Source: Alphaproteobacteria bacterium (lineage in GTDB: Bacteria; Pseudomonadota; Alphaproteobacteria; SP197). Taken from it: a DNA stretch of 64,000 nt. Below, in pieces: positions 9,372 to 19,943 of this stretch. The stretch is taken from contig OZ245842.1 in the NCBI GenBank assembly GCA_965228895.1, positions 3,264,001 through 3,328,000 of the forward strand, written 5' to 3'. Each line of letters starts with the position of its first letter. The first letter of the stretch is position 1. The position numbers and the translations under genes were made by a program. The notes under the pieces are model-generated. The model made no database searches. It saw only the letters and a list, made by a program, of their open reading frames with translations, and was not told where the DNA came from.

Positions 9372-11780
9372 CTAGACTCTGAACCGCGCGCCGTCTGGAT
9401 CATAGAGCGGCCCGTCATGGCGCTTTGCTTTGACGGCCTGGCCATAGACCTCGACCTCGTAGTCGTCGAAGCCCGCGTCTTCTGTCGGCACATAGCCATA
9501 GACAATCGGGCACCCGACCGTGTGGCCAAAGTCAGCGCTGCAGGTCACGCCCAGCGCCCGGCCGTCGCGCAGGATCGCCTCGCCGCCGTTGACCGGCACC
9601 TTTTCGGCGAGCGCTAGAGTGCATAACAGTTGGTCCGGGCCCGCCTCGCCGACCTTGGCCAGCGCTTCGGCGCCGATGAAATCGTTCTTGCGCTTCGAGA
9701 CGAAGCGCTCCATGCGTGCGTGATAGGGCGTGTAATCCGGCGACATGTCGGCCGCCCAGGCCAGGTTGCCCTTTTCCATGCGCAGGCTGTTGAGCGCCCG
9801 GTAGCCCGCATTGACCAAACCGAAATCGCGCCCGGCCGCGTCCAGAACGCCATAGACATGGATGGCGTATTCGCTGGGGATGTGCAGCTCGTAACCGAGC
9901 TCGCCGGAATAGGAGACCCGCATCGCCAGGACAGGCGCGGCACCGACGGTCAGGTGTTTGGCTTTGGCAAAGCGGAAACTCTCCGCATCCACCGGCTCCT
10001 CCGTCACCACAGCCAGGACATCGCGCGCATGTGGCCCCGCCAGGTTCAGGACCGCGTAACCGGATGTCACGTCGACCATGTGAACCGACCCGTCATCGGG
10101 CAGATGGCGCGCGATCCAGCCGAAGTCGTGATCGCCGAACGCCGTGCCCGTCACGGCGTAGTAGCGGTTCTCGGCCAACCGGCAGAACGTCAGGTCGGCC
10201 TCGATGCCGGCGCGCTCGTTCAACAGCTGCGTATAGATGACGCTGCCTTCTGGGCGATCAACATCGGCGACGGCAAGATGCTGCAGGGCCGTCATCGCGC
10301 CTGGCCCGACAATCTCCACTTTAGCGAACGACGACTGATCGAACAGGCCGACACGTTCGCGCACCGCCTTGTGTTCGGCGGCCACATGCTCGAACCAGTT
10401 GGGCCACTCGAAGGACGGTTTGTCGACCGGCTCGACCCCCTCCGGCGCGAACCAGTTGGGTCGTTCCCATCCGGCTTTCGAGCCGAACACCGCGCCCTTC
10501 TCCTTCAAGACGCCATAGAGCGGGCTCTTGCGGATCTCGCGCACCGAGCTGTGCTCCTCCACCGGCCACTTCATGGCATAGTGCTTGGCGTAGATCTCGA
10601 TGCCGCGGTCGTACATGAAGGCGCGGGTGTTGTGGTGGAACTGGAAGCGCCGCACATCCAGCGGCCATAAATCCATGGACGGCCGCCCGTCGATGATCCA
10701 CTCGGCCATCACTTCGCCCGCGCCACCGGCCGCGGCGATGCCATAGATGAAACCGCATGAGGTGAAGACGTTGTCGTACTCCGCGACCTTGCCCATGACG
10801 AAGTCGCCGTCCGCCGACATCGGGATCGCACCGTTGATCAACTGCCGGACACCGACCTCGCCGACCACCGGCGTACGTTTGGCGGCATTCTCGGCCAGCG
10901 GCGCGAAACGCTCGTAATTGTCGGGCAAAAGTTGCTGGTCCCAGCCATCTGGAATGCCGTCGCGCGCGAAGGCCGGCGTGTTGTTTTCGTAACCGCCGAC
11001 GACGATGCCGCGCACCTCTGGTTTCCAATAAAGCAGCAGATCGGGGTCCCGCACCGTCGGCATGTCCTTCGGCAGATCGGGGATCGGATCGGTCACCAGA
11101 TACTGATGCTCGACCGCGAAGGCCGGCGCACGCGAACCCATCAAACCGCCCAGCTCGTGGCCCCACATGCCTGTCGCGTTGACCACGGTCTCAGCCTTGA
11201 CGTTACCTGACGTCGTCTCGACCTCGGTGATGCGCCGGCCGTTTCGTTTGAACCCTTCGACGCGGCAGTTCTGTACAATCTCCGCGCCGCGCTTGCGGGC
11301 GCCCGCCGCAAACGCCTGGCACAGGCTTGCCGGATCGATATAGCCGTCGGAATCGATGAACGCAGCGCCTTCGACACCGTCCAGCGTCATGATCGGGAAC
11401 ATGTCCTGGGTTTCCCGGGGCGTCAGGATCTGCATCTCCAGGCCGAACGACTTCGCCGTCGTCGCCGCGCGGCGAAACTCCTTCATGCGGTCCTTGGACG
11501 AGGCGATGCGCAGGCTGCCGACCTTCTTCCAGTCGATCGCCTGGCCGGTGTCTTCCTCCAGCACGTCATAAAGCGCGATGCTCTTTTGCAGCATGCGCGT
11601 GACATTGCGAGACGGTCGCAACTGCCCGACCACACCGGCGGCATGCCAGGTCGCACCGTGGGTCAACTGGAACTGCTCCAGCAACAGCACGTCCTTCTTG
11701 CCCATGCGCGTCAGGTGATAGGCGATGCTGCAGCCGATCACCCCGCCGCCGACAATGACAATTTCCGCCGAATCGCGCAT
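9372..11780 (-). CDS. FAD-dependent GcvT-family dehydrogenase (dimethylglycine/sarcosine dehydrogenase-like)
   Basis: GGGVIG FAD motif, TWHAAG, GWERPNWF, SYSGELGYE, LRMEKG. Confidence 0.9.
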   Translation of the reverse strand: MRDSAEIVIVGGGVIGCSIAYHLTRMGKKDVLLLEQFQLTHGATWHAAGVVGQLRPSRNVTRMLQKSIALYDVLEEDTGQAIDWKKVGSLRIASSKDRMKEFRRAATTAKSFGLEMQILTPRETQDMFPIMTLDGVEGAAFIDSDGYIDPASLCQAFAAGARKRGAEIVQNCRVEGFKRNGRRITEVETTSGNVKAETVVNATGMWGHELGGLMGSRAPAFAVEHQYLVTDPIPDLPKDMPTVRDPDLLLYWKPEVRGIVVGGYENNTPAFARDGIPDGWDQQLLPDNYERFAPLAENAAKRTPVVGEVGVRQLINGAIPMSADGDFVMGKVAEYDNVFTSCGFIYGIAAAGGAGEVMAEWIIDGRPSMDLWPLDVRRFQFHHNTRAFMYDRGIEIYAKHYAMKWPVEEHSSVREIRKSPLYGVLKEKGAVFGSKAGWERPNWFAPEGVEPVDKPSFEWPNWFEHVAAEHKAVRERVGLFDQSSFAKVEIVGPGAMTALQHLAVADVDRPEGSVIYTQLLNERAGIEADLTFCRLAENRYYAVTGTAFGDHDFGWIARHLPDDGSVHMVDVTSGYAVLNLAGPHARDVLAVVTEEPVDAESFRFAKAKHLTVGAAPVLAMRVSYSGELGYELHIPSEYAIHVYGVLDAAGRDFGLVNAGYRALNSLRMEKGNLAWAADMSPDYTPYHARMERFVSKRKNDFIGAEALAKVGEAGPDQLLCTLALAEKVPVNGGEAILRDGRALGVTCSADFGHTVGCPIVYGYVPTEDAGFDDYEVEVYGQAVKAKRHDGPLYDPDGARFRV

Positions 11781-11930
11781 GCACCCTCCCCCGATACCGG
11801 CGCGATCGCGCCTTGTTGCTTGCGCCATACTCGACCAGTTGCTCGCCCCTCTGCAAGCGCTTCAAAGCTAGGACTTGCAGTTAGACGCCCACACGGCCAG
11901 CTTGGTCGGACACACAACCGGAGACATCCG

Positions 11931-12752
11931 ATGTCGGACAAGGACGATGCGATCGTTCCGCCCCACGCCTATCAGAACCCGGACTTCCTGGAGAGCCGCG
12001 ATGGCCGGTCCTTGCGCATCATGTCGGAGTACATGGAGCCCCTGTCGCGCTTCACCCGCTACAAGATCGACGACACCATCGTCTTTATGGGGTCGGCGCG
12101 CACGCGCTCGCGCGAGACGGCGCTAGAGGAACTTGAGGCCGCCAAACGCGACGGCGGCGACGTCGCTTTCGCCGAACGCCAGGTCGAGCTTTCGGTCTAT
12201 TACGAAGCCGCCCGCGACCTGGCCCACCGCATGACCGACTGGTCCAAGGGCCTGGGCGAGGACGCACGCCGCTTCGTCGTCTGCACCGGCGGCGGCCCCG
12301 GCATCATGGAGGCGGCCAACCGTGGGGCATCCGAAGCCGGCGGCCTCAATGTCGGGCTCACCATCTCGATTCCGGTCGAGGAGTTCAACAACCCCTATAT
12401 CACCCGAGAGCTGCACCTGAACTTCCACTACTTCTTCATGCGCAAGTTCTGGTTTCTCTATCTGGCGAAGGCGGTCGTCATCTTCCCCGGCGGCTTCGGC
12501 ACGCTCGACGAACTGTTCGAGATCCTGACCATGGTGCAGACCGGCAAGATGCGAAAACGCCTGCCCGTCGTGCTGTTCGGCCAGGATTACTGGGACCAGG
12601 TCGTCAATCTCGACACCCTCGTGCGCTACGGCACGATCAACGAGAGCGATCTCGACTTGATGGTGCGCACCGATTCCGTCGACGAGGCCTTCGATTATCT
12701 GACCCGTGACCTCATCGCCTTCAACCTCGACCAACCGGGTCCGGTGCTTTGA
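11931..12752 (+). CDS. LOG family protein (TIGR00730-like)
   Basis: [26 protein letters not shown]. Confidence 0.9.
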   Translation: MSDKDDAIVPPHAYQNPDFLESRDGRSLRIMSEYMEPLSRFTRYKIDDTIVFMGSARTRSRETALEELEAAKRDGGDVAFAERQVELSVYYEAARDLAHRMTDWSKGLGEDARRFVVCTGGGPGIMEAANRGASEAGGLNVGLTISIPVEEFNNPYITRELHLNFHYFFMRKFWFLYLAKAVVIFPGGFGTLDELFEILTMVQTGKMRKRLPVVLFGQDYWDQVVNLDTLVRYGTINESDLDLMVRTDSVDEAFDYLTRDLIAFNLDQPGPVL

Positions 12753-13744
12753 CGGAACGCAAGGTACCCCTATCGGTTCTGGACCTGTCACCGATCACCG
12801 AGGGCGGCGACGCGGCGCAATCGTTCGCCAATACGCTTGATCTGGCGCGCCACGCCGAGGCGCTCGGCTATCACCGATATTGGCTTGCCGAACACCACAA
12901 CATGCCGGGCATCGCCAGCGCGGCGACCGCCGTCGTCATCGGCCATGTGGCGGGCGGTACATCGACCATCCGCGTCGGCGCCGGCGGCATCATGCTGCCC
13001 AACCATGCACCGCTGGTCATCGCCGAGCAGTTCGGCACGCTCGCCAGCCTCTATCCCGGCCGCATCGATCTTGGCATCGGCCGGGCGCCGGGCACTGACC
13101 GCACCACGGCCTTCGCGCTACGGCGCACCTTGCAGGGCGATGGCGCGGGCGACGGCTTTCCGCGCGATGTCGCCGAACTCCAGCACTATTTCGGCGAGCC
13201 GGAAATCGGTCAGCGCGTATGCGCCGTGCCCGGCGCCGGCCTCAAGGTGCCGCTCTGGATCCTGGGCTCCAGCCTCTATGGCGCGCAGCTCGCCGCCATG
13301 ATGGGCCTGCCTTACGCCTTCGCTTCCCACTTCGCGCCGGCCGCCATGATGCAGGCACTTCAGGTCTACCGCAGCCAGTTCGAACCCTCGGCGCAGCTTG
13401 ACAAACCCTATGCCATGCTGGGTTTCAACGTCTTCGCCGCCGACAGCGACGAGGAAGGCGCGTTGTTGATGACCTCAGTCCAGCAGTCGTTTCTCAACCT
13501 GCGGCTGGGAACGCCGGGTCGCCTGCCGCCGCCCGATCCGGATTTCGACAGCCGTCTCGAACCGGCCGCACGCGCCATGCTGGCAGATGCCCTCTCCTGT
13601 TCCGCCGCTGGTTCGGCAGCGACCGTCCGCCAGGGCATCGAGGATTTCATCCACAAGACCGGCGCCGACGAGATCATGGTGACCTCCCACATCTTCGATC
13701 AGGCCAAACGCCGCCGCTCCTTCGAGCTTGCCATGGCCGCGTGA
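12749..13744 (+). CDS. LLM-class flavin-dependent oxidoreductase (luciferase-like)
   Basis: [24 protein letters not shown]; TTG start overlaps upstream stop. Confidence 0.9.
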   Translation: MTERKVPLSVLDLSPITEGGDAAQSFANTLDLARHAEALGYHRYWLAEHHNMPGIASAATAVVIGHVAGGTSTIRVGAGGIMLPNHAPLVIAEQFGTLASLYPGRIDLGIGRAPGTDRTTAFALRRTLQGDGAGDGFPRDVAELQHYFGEPEIGQRVCAVPGAGLKVPLWILGSSLYGAQLAAMMGLPYAFASHFAPAAMMQALQVYRSQFEPSAQLDKPYAMLGFNVFAADSDEEGALLMTSVQQSFLNLRLGTPGRLPPPDPDFDSRLEPAARAMLADALSCSAAGSAATVRQGIEDFIHKTGADEIMVTSHIFDQAKRRRSFELAMAA

Positions 13745-13824
13745 GCTGGACTCGCGCGATCAGCCCGCCTCATCTATAGTTCACAACGTCGAGCGCATGA
13801 CGAACCGTTAACGGAGTTTGATCG

Positions 13825-14271
13825 ATGCGTCTCAGTGCGCTTCTTTTGAGTGTCGCCCTTTTAGTCGGCGCCTGCGGCAGCAGCACCGGTGACCGGGTCG
13901 GATCCGGCGCGGGTATCGGCGCAGGCGCGGGCGCCGTGGTCGGCGCCGTCACCGGTCTTTCGATCCTGCAGGGTGTTCTGATCGGCGCGGGCGCGGGCGC
14001 TGTCATCGGTGGCGTCACCGATCAAAGCGAGATCGACCTGGGCGATCCCATTTGGGCCAGCGGCACGACGCCCGCCAACAACACGGCCGTCGCGCGGGTG
14101 CAAGCCGGCCTGACGAAACTGGGATACGACCCCGGCCCGATCGACGGCGTCAAGGGCGCCCAGACGACCAATGCCATCACCACCTATCAGCGCGACAACG
14201 GCTTGCCCGTCGATGGCCGTGCCACAGCCGAACTCGCCCAGCATATCGAAAGCCAGTTGGGCGCCGGCTGA
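13825..14271 (+). CDS. Glycine-zipper lipoprotein with C-terminal peptidoglycan-binding domain
   Basis: LVGA-C lipobox, GAGIGAGAGA zipper, LGYDPGPIDG..T..AI..YQ..NGL. Confidence 0.8.
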   Translation: MRLSALLLSVALLVGACGSSTGDRVGSGAGIGAGAGAVVGAVTGLSILQGVLIGAGAGAVIGGVTDQSEIDLGDPIWASGTTPANNTAVARVQAGLTKLGYDPGPIDGVKGAQTTNAITTYQRDNGLPVDGRATAELAQHIESQLGAG

Positions 14272-14358
14272 CCCCCTAACACGATCGAGCCTGTTTTTTG
14301 ACGCCTCTCGCACTTTGATGGATGATCACACCATCCAGCACCGGGCGCCTTCACCAAC

Positions 14359-15519
14359 ATGTCGATCGGCCGTTTTCTCGTCGCGTTTGCCCTTTCCCTT
14401 GTCTTCGTGTCGGCGGTTGTGCGCGCCGAAAGCGGCGTTAACGACGAGCGTATCCTGTTCGGCCAATCGGCCGCGCTCGAAGGACCGGCCGCCGCACTCG
14501 GTCGGGGCATGCAGACCGGCATTCTCGCCGCGTTCAACCAGGCAAACCTGCGTGGCGGCGTCAACGGCCGCCTGTTGGAGCTCGTCACCTATGACGATGG
14601 CTACGAACCCGAGCAGGCGATCGCCAACGTCGACCGCCTGATCGATCACGACGACGTCTTCGCCCTGATCGGCGAGGTCGGCACGCCGACATCGAGCGCC
14701 GTGCAGCCGATCGCCACCCAGGCCGGCATTCCGTTTCTGGCGCCCTTTACCGGCGCCGCCTTCTTGCGCGATCCCGCCCTCGACAACGTCGTCAACGTGC
14801 GCGCGTCCTATGATCAGGAGGCCGAGGCCTGGATCGCCCATCTGACCGAGGAACGCGACCTCACCCGCATCGCCATTCTCTATCAGGACGACTCCTTCGG
14901 GCGCGCCGGGCTCGAAGGCGTTCGCCAGGCACTCGCCGCGCGCGGCATGACGCTGGTCGCCGAAGGCACCTACATGCGCAACACGACGGCGGTCAAACGC
15001 GCGCTGCTGGCGATCCGCAAGGAAGATCCCGAGGCCATCGTGATCGTCGGCGCCTACGAACCGACCGCCGCGTTCATCAAGCTTGCGCAGGACATTGGCC
15101 TCGACCCTGTCTTCGTCGCCATCTCGTTTGTCGGCAGCAAGGCGCTCGCCGATGCGCTCGGCGAAGACGGCGAAGGCGTTGTCGTCACCCAGGTCGTGCC
15201 TCTGCCCGACGACACGTCACTGCCGCTGGTCGCCGACTACAATGCAGCGCTCGCCGCGCTCGATCCGCAGCTTGATCCAGGCTTCGTCTCGCTTGAAGGC
15301 TATATTGCCGGACGTCTGGTGATTGCCGCGCTTGAAGCCATGGGGCCGGACGTCACCCGGCAGGGCCTGTTGACCACCATCCAGGAGCTCGGCGCCTTCG
15401 ACCTGGATGGTCTGGCGATGGAGTTTGGCCCCGAGGACAACCAGGGCATGGACGAGGTGTTCTTCACCGTCCTGGACGGCAACGGCAACTTCCATGCCGT
15501 TGCCAATGCCGGTGACTGA
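14359..15519 (+). CDS. Periplasmic substrate-binding protein (LivJ-like type I)
   Basis: Signal peptide; GGVNGR..EL..YDDGYEP, VGTPT, RASY. Confidence 0.85.
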   Translation: MSIGRFLVAFALSLVFVSAVVRAESGVNDERILFGQSAALEGPAAALGRGMQTGILAAFNQANLRGGVNGRLLELVTYDDGYEPEQAIANVDRLIDHDDVFALIGEVGTPTSSAVQPIATQAGIPFLAPFTGAAFLRDPALDNVVNVRASYDQEAEAWIAHLTEERDLTRIAILYQDDSFGRAGLEGVRQALAARGMTLVAEGTYMRNTTAVKRALLAIRKEDPEAIVIVGAYEPTAAFIKLAQDIGLDPVFVAISFVGSKALADALGEDGEGVVVTQVVPLPDDTSLPLVADYNAALAALDPQLDPGFVSLEGYIAGRLVIAALEAMGPDVTRQGLLTTIQELGAFDLDGLAMEFGPEDNQGMDEVFFTVLDGNGNFHAVANAGD

Positions 15520-15523
15520 ACCC

Positions 15524-18436
15524 ATGGCCGACGACGCCAGGGCGCCCGCCACCAGAGTCCTCGGCATTCGTGTCAAACTCCTCCTCGCCTTCTTCGCGCT
15601 CGCCGGCCTGACCGTCATCGCCTGCGCCGTCGCCTGGTACGCCTTCGTCACCATTGACAGGGCGGTATCTCAGGTGACCGACGACAGCATGCCGGGCATG
15701 GTCGCGGCCCTGGCGTTGGCCAACTCGGCCAGCGAGGTCGCGGCGGCGGCGCCGTCGATCCAGGCGGCCGAGGATCGCGACGAGCTTGCCGCCCAGGAGG
15801 CGGCGCTCGAAAAGGCGCTCGAGCGATTCCTCGAGCTCTCGGCCACGATCGATGACCACATCACCGACACTGATCAGCGCGCCGAACTCGACACGCTGGC
15901 CAGCGACCTCGTCGTTGAGCTGACGACACTGCGTCAAGCCGTCGATCGGCGCCTCGACCTGGAGCTTCAGCGCAAGGCAGCCAATGCCGCGATGCTCCTC
16001 GCCCACAGCGGCTTCCTGGAGACTCTCGAACCGCTGGTCGATGATGCGGTCTACGATCTCGTGGTGTCCGGTGAAACCGTGATGAGTGAGAACTCATCGG
16101 CGATCACCAGCCTGGTCGATGACGGTGTTAGCCGGATTGATCGGCTGTTGACCATCAACGCCACCGCCAACCTCGCCGCCGGTCTGATGGGCGAGGCGAT
16201 CAGTGGTGACAATCCCGTGCTGCTCCAACCGCTGAAGGAGCGTTTTGTCTCCGCAGCGCTCACCATCGAACGTAACCTCTCTCAATTGCCCGATGACGAG
16301 ACCACGAGCCACCTGCAACGCGCGATTGACGCCCTCCTGGCACCCGGCCGCGGTGATGACAGCCTGTTCAGCGTCACGGCCAACAGCGCACACACCAGTG
16401 CCAACCTGCAACGCCATCACGACGACCTGCTGCTCGTTTTGACACCGATGATCGACGATGCGGCCTTCGCCTTGGTGATGAGCGCCGAGCGGGTAACATC
16501 GAACAGCCAGGATTCGATCACCGGCTTGATCGAAGGCGGCGTCAACACACTCGCTGTCCTCTTGACGTTGCGAGCCGAGGGCAATCTGACGGCGAGCCTG
16601 TTGAGTGAGGCCGCCGGCGCCACGTCACCCAGTCTTCTGCGCCCGCTTGCCGAGCGGTTCACCGCCGGCCAAGCCCGCATGACCGACCTCCTCGACGACC
16701 TGCCCGACGATACCGCCGCCAACCGCATGCGCGAGGTGTCGCAGCGGCTCCTTGGTTTCGGCGCGGGGCCGAACGCGGTCTTTGCCTTGCGCCAGGGCGA
16801 GCTTGAATGGATCGACGCCGGATTGGCGGCACTTGGCGCCAGCCGCGATCTTTCGTTGGAATTGGGTGATCAAACTGCCGCTCTTGTCGCCGCCGCCGAA
16901 CAGGAAAGTGCCGACACCGCATCATCGACACAACGCGTGATCGATACCAGCCAGCTCGTCATGCTGGTCATCATTCTGATCAGCATCGCCGGCGCCGCGC
17001 TCGTTATGTACCGCTACGTCAACCCGCGTGTGATCCGGCCGGTCGAAGACATCACCACGGCCATGACCGACCTGGCCGGCGGTGATACTTCCGTCGATAT
17101 ACCCGGACGCGAACGCGATGATGAGCTCGGCCGCATGGCCCAGGCGCTTGGCGTCTTCCGCGACACCGCAATCGCCGTCCAAAAGGCCAATCTGCGTGAA
17201 ATAGAAACCGCGCGCCGACGCCTGGCCGACGCTATCGAGAGCATCTCGGAAGGCTTCACGCTCTATGACGCCAACGACTGCCTGGTCGTGTCCAATAAAC
17301 AATACCAGGAGCTTCTCTATCCCGGCATGACCGAGCGGTTTGAACCCGGCATGTCGTTCGAAGCGATCCTGCGCCGCGCGATCAGCCACGGCTACGTCAA
17401 AGACGCCGGGGGACGCGAAGAAGCGTGGATCGCAGAGCGCCTGGCGCATCACCGGAATCCCGGCCCGCCCCACGTGCAACAGCGCCAGGACGGGCGGTAC
17501 ATCATGGTCAGCGAACGCCGCACGGAAGAAGGCGGCACCGTCGCCGTCTACTCCGACATCACCGAACTCAAGCAGCGCGAAACCCAGCTTGCCCAGAAGT
17601 CGAGCGAGCTGGAGCAGCTCGCCGGCCAACTCGCCAAGTACCTGTCGCCCCAGGTTTATGAGTCCATCTTCACCGGACGCCAGGAGGTCAAGGTCGAGAG
17701 TCAGCGCAAGAAACTGACCGTCTTCTTTTCCGATATCGCCGACTTCACCGAGACCACCGAGAAACTCGAGTCCGAAGACCTCACCCTGCTGCTCAACGAA
17801 TATCTCACCGAAATGTCGCGCATCGCTCTGAACCACGGCGCGACCATCGACAAGTATGTCGGCGATGCCATTGTCATCTTCTTCGGTGACCCCGAAACGC
17901 GCGGCGTCCAGGAAGACGCGCTGGCTTGCGTCGACATGGCCATCGAGATGCGCCAGCGCATGACCGAACTGCAGGCACGGTGGCGCTCGTCCGGTGTTGA
18001 GAAACCGCTCGCATGCCGCTTCGGCATCAACACCGGCTACTGCACCGTCGGCAATTTCGGCAGCGAGGCTCGCATGGACTACACCATCATCGGTGCCGGC
18101 GTGAACCTGGCGTCACGACTGGAGTCAGCTGCCACACCGGGCGAGATCGTCATCTCCTACGAGACTCATGCCTGGATCAAGGGCCGCATTCATTGCGAAG
18201 CGCGCGAGCCCATCACGGTTAAGGGCGTCAGCGGTCCGGTCGCGACCTACCGGGTAATCGATACCTTCGAACGTTTGGATGAGATCGGCGGTGTCGTGCG
18301 CGAAGAACAACCCAATCTGCGCCTCGACATGAACGTCACCGCCATGTCGGAAGCCGAACGCACCGCCGCCGAAGATGCCCTGCGCCAAGCCCTCGCCCGC
18401 CTCGACGGCGACGACGCCAAACGCGACGACAGTTAG
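15524..18436 (+). CDS. Membrane-bound adenylate cyclase: helical periplasmic sensor, HAMP, PAS, class III cyclase
   Basis: Two TMs; HAMP DELGRMAQAL; PAS; FSDIADFT, DKYVGDA, YTIIG..VNLASRLE; start may be 15506. Confidence 0.85.
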   Translation: MADDARAPATRVLGIRVKLLLAFFALAGLTVIACAVAWYAFVTIDRAVSQVTDDSMPGMVAALALANSASEVAAAAPSIQAAEDRDELAAQEAALEKALERFLELSATIDDHITDTDQRAELDTLASDLVVELTTLRQAVDRRLDLELQRKAANAAMLLAHSGFLETLEPLVDDAVYDLVVSGETVMSENSSAITSLVDDGVSRIDRLLTINATANLAAGLMGEAISGDNPVLLQPLKERFVSAALTIERNLSQLPDDETTSHLQRAIDALLAPGRGDDSLFSVTANSAHTSANLQRHHDDLLLVLTPMIDDAAFALVMSAERVTSNSQDSITGLIEGGVNTLAVLLTLRAEGNLTASLLSEAAGATSPSLLRPLAERFTAGQARMTDLLDDLPDDTAANRMREVSQRLLGFGAGPNAVFALRQGELEWIDAGLAALGASRDLSLELGDQTAALVAAAEQESADTASSTQRVIDTSQLVMLVIILISIAGAALVMYRYVNPRVIRPVEDITTAMTDLAGGDTSVDIPGRERDDELGRMAQALGVFRDTAIAVQKANLREIETARRRLADAIESISEGFTLYDANDCLVVSNKQYQELLYPGMTERFEPGMSFEAILRRAISHGYVKDAGGREEAWIAERLAHHRNPGPPHVQQRQDGRYIMVSERRTEEGGTVAVYSDITELKQRETQLAQKSSELEQLAGQLAKYLSPQVYESIFTGRQEVKVESQRKKLTVFFSDIADFTETTEKLESEDLTLLLNEYLTEMSRIALNHGATIDKYVGDAIVIFFGDPETRGVQEDALACVDMAIEMRQRMTELQARWRSSGVEKPLACRFGINTGYCTVGNFGSEARMDYTIIGAGVNLASRLESAATPGEIVISYETHAWIKGRIHCEAREPITVKGVSGPVATYRVIDTFERLDEIGGVVREEQPNLRLDMNVTAMSEAERTAAEDALRQALARLDGDDAKRDDS

Positions 18437-18458
18437 GCTTCCCTTTGCCGGTGCCCGG

Positions 18459-18911
18459 TTACTCCGCCACTAGGTCTTCGCACGACAGCACGAGTTCCTC
18501 GATCGCGACGTCGTTGGTCATGGCGCTAAGTTCGGGGCCGCGATAGGCCGTCGGGCGGGCGCGCACCAGTTTCCACGTCATCGCGATCGTCTGGCGATCC
18601 TCGCTCTTCAACTGAATGGTGACATCACGGGCTGCGTCGGGATGGCCGGCGCGCGCCTGATCGATCCATTCGTAGAACCCGAGCGAACCGATGACGCCGC
18701 GCTTCAGTGTGATGTCCGGCACCTTGGCCAGGCCGCTGATCTTGACCGGCAAGTTCGTCATGGCGTTGCCGGCGCGGTACTCGATGACCTCAACCTCCAA
18801 ACCCAAGCCCTCAACTTCGGAAAAACCCGCTTCCAAGGCCGCTGTATCGCCGCCGCCGATGTCGACCTCGAAGTTGAAGCGGCTATAGGGCCGCTCGCGC
18901 AATACCGCCAT
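18459..18911 (-). CDS. T4 gp19-type / eCIS tail tube protein
   Basis: PYSRFNFEV, GFSEVEGL..EVEVIEYRAG, ITLKRG, W.L..A.P..Y.GP.L.A..NDVAIEELVL; strong RBS GGGGAGAGG. Confidence 0.9.
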   Translation of the reverse strand: MAVLRERPYSRFNFEVDIGGGDTAALEAGFSEVEGLGLEVEVIEYRAGNAMTNLPVKISGLAKVPDITLKRGVIGSLGFYEWIDQARAGHPDAARDVTIQLKSEDRQTIAMTWKLVRARPTAYRGPELSAMTNDVAIEELVLSCEDLVAE

Positions 18912-18943
18912 CGTTCCTCTCCCCTTACCTGTTTCCCCACTGC

Positions 18944-19870
18944 CTAAAGCCAGACAAAGCGCTCATAACAAAGCTCGATTTCCTCAAAACCCAGTCCGTC
19001 ACCGTCCAGGGCGTCGAAGGCCGGACCCTGCCATCGGCGCGGCCAGCAGTTGACGAAGGTCCAGTGGTTGACCGGCTTGGCACCCGCGCCAGCCAGTTGA
19101 AAAAGATCGACCTGGCGCCGGTCCCAGGTGCCGTCGACGATCTTCTGGCGCCACAGATAAAGATCCTTCGAACGGCTTATGGCGCGCCGCAGCACCAGAC
19201 TGTCATAGGTCAACGCGCCAGGCTTGCCACCGCCATCGCCTTCCGTCATCGCGTGTTCGCTGCCCATGGCCGATACCTGACAAAACCCGATCTCCTGATC
19301 GCCGATCACGACAAGGAAATGCCGGTTGCTCAGAGGCTGGGTGAAAATCGACCCACCACGACCATCATCCGGCGGCGCCGGTCGCGTTGGTTCGAAGCGA
19401 ATGACAGCATCGTTTGCCGTTTCGAGTTTCGGATGGCTGCCCGGCGGATCGCCAGTGGCGGTGATCACAACGCGGCTGTGTGCCGCGACAGCGTTCAGGA
19501 AATGCTGCGTGGCGCGATCAAACCGGTCGTGGCTGTCGATGATCTCGGTCCGCCGGCCGAACAGCGCGTCGGCCTCGTCAAAGAAAAGAATGTTGTCGCC
19601 ATCGGCGGTTTCATCGAACAGGCGCGTCAGATGCTTTTCCGTCGATGCCGCTCCGTCGGCCGTGATGCGTGCAAGATCAATCCGCTCCAGGCGCTTGCCA
19701 TGCAGTTTGGCAAGCTGTGTCGCGACGAGCTGACGGTCGCCCGGCGCACCGCCGGCCAGCAGCACGCGTAAGCCCTTGCGAGGACCGTAGAGACTCATGA
19801 CCGTTGCGGCGATGTCGCGCAGACGCCGCCGATCGAAGTCTATGGGGACTGTTTCGCGCCGAGTGGGCAT
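18944..19870 (-). CDS. Fusion of degenerate eCIS-type AAA+ domain and gp19-type tail tube domain
   Basis: N-half RIDL..TEKHL..ILFFDEADALFGRRTEI.DSHDR; C-half F.V.IG..GF.QVS, LVLRRAI..DLYLWR, W.F.NCWP..W.GP.FDA..EEIELCYE. Confidence 0.8.
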   Translation of the reverse strand: MPTRRETVPIDFDRRRLRDIAATVMSLYGPRKGLRVLLAGGAPGDRQLVATQLAKLHGKRLERIDLARITADGAASTEKHLTRLFDETADGDNILFFDEADALFGRRTEIIDSHDRFDRATQHFLNAVAAHSRVVITATGDPPGSHPKLETANDAVIRFEPTRPAPPDDGRGGSIFTQPLSNRHFLVVIGDQEIGFCQVSAMGSEHAMTEGDGGGKPGALTYDSLVLRRAISRSKDLYLWRQKIVDGTWDRRQVDLFQLAGAGAKPVNHWTFVNCWPRRWQGPAFDALDGDGLGFEEIELCYERFVWL

Positions 19871-19943
19871 CCGGCACCGCCACCATGTTCAGCGCTCGCG
19901 CGCATTGGATCACGGCGATGGGCCAAAAGCAACGCGGGGACGG

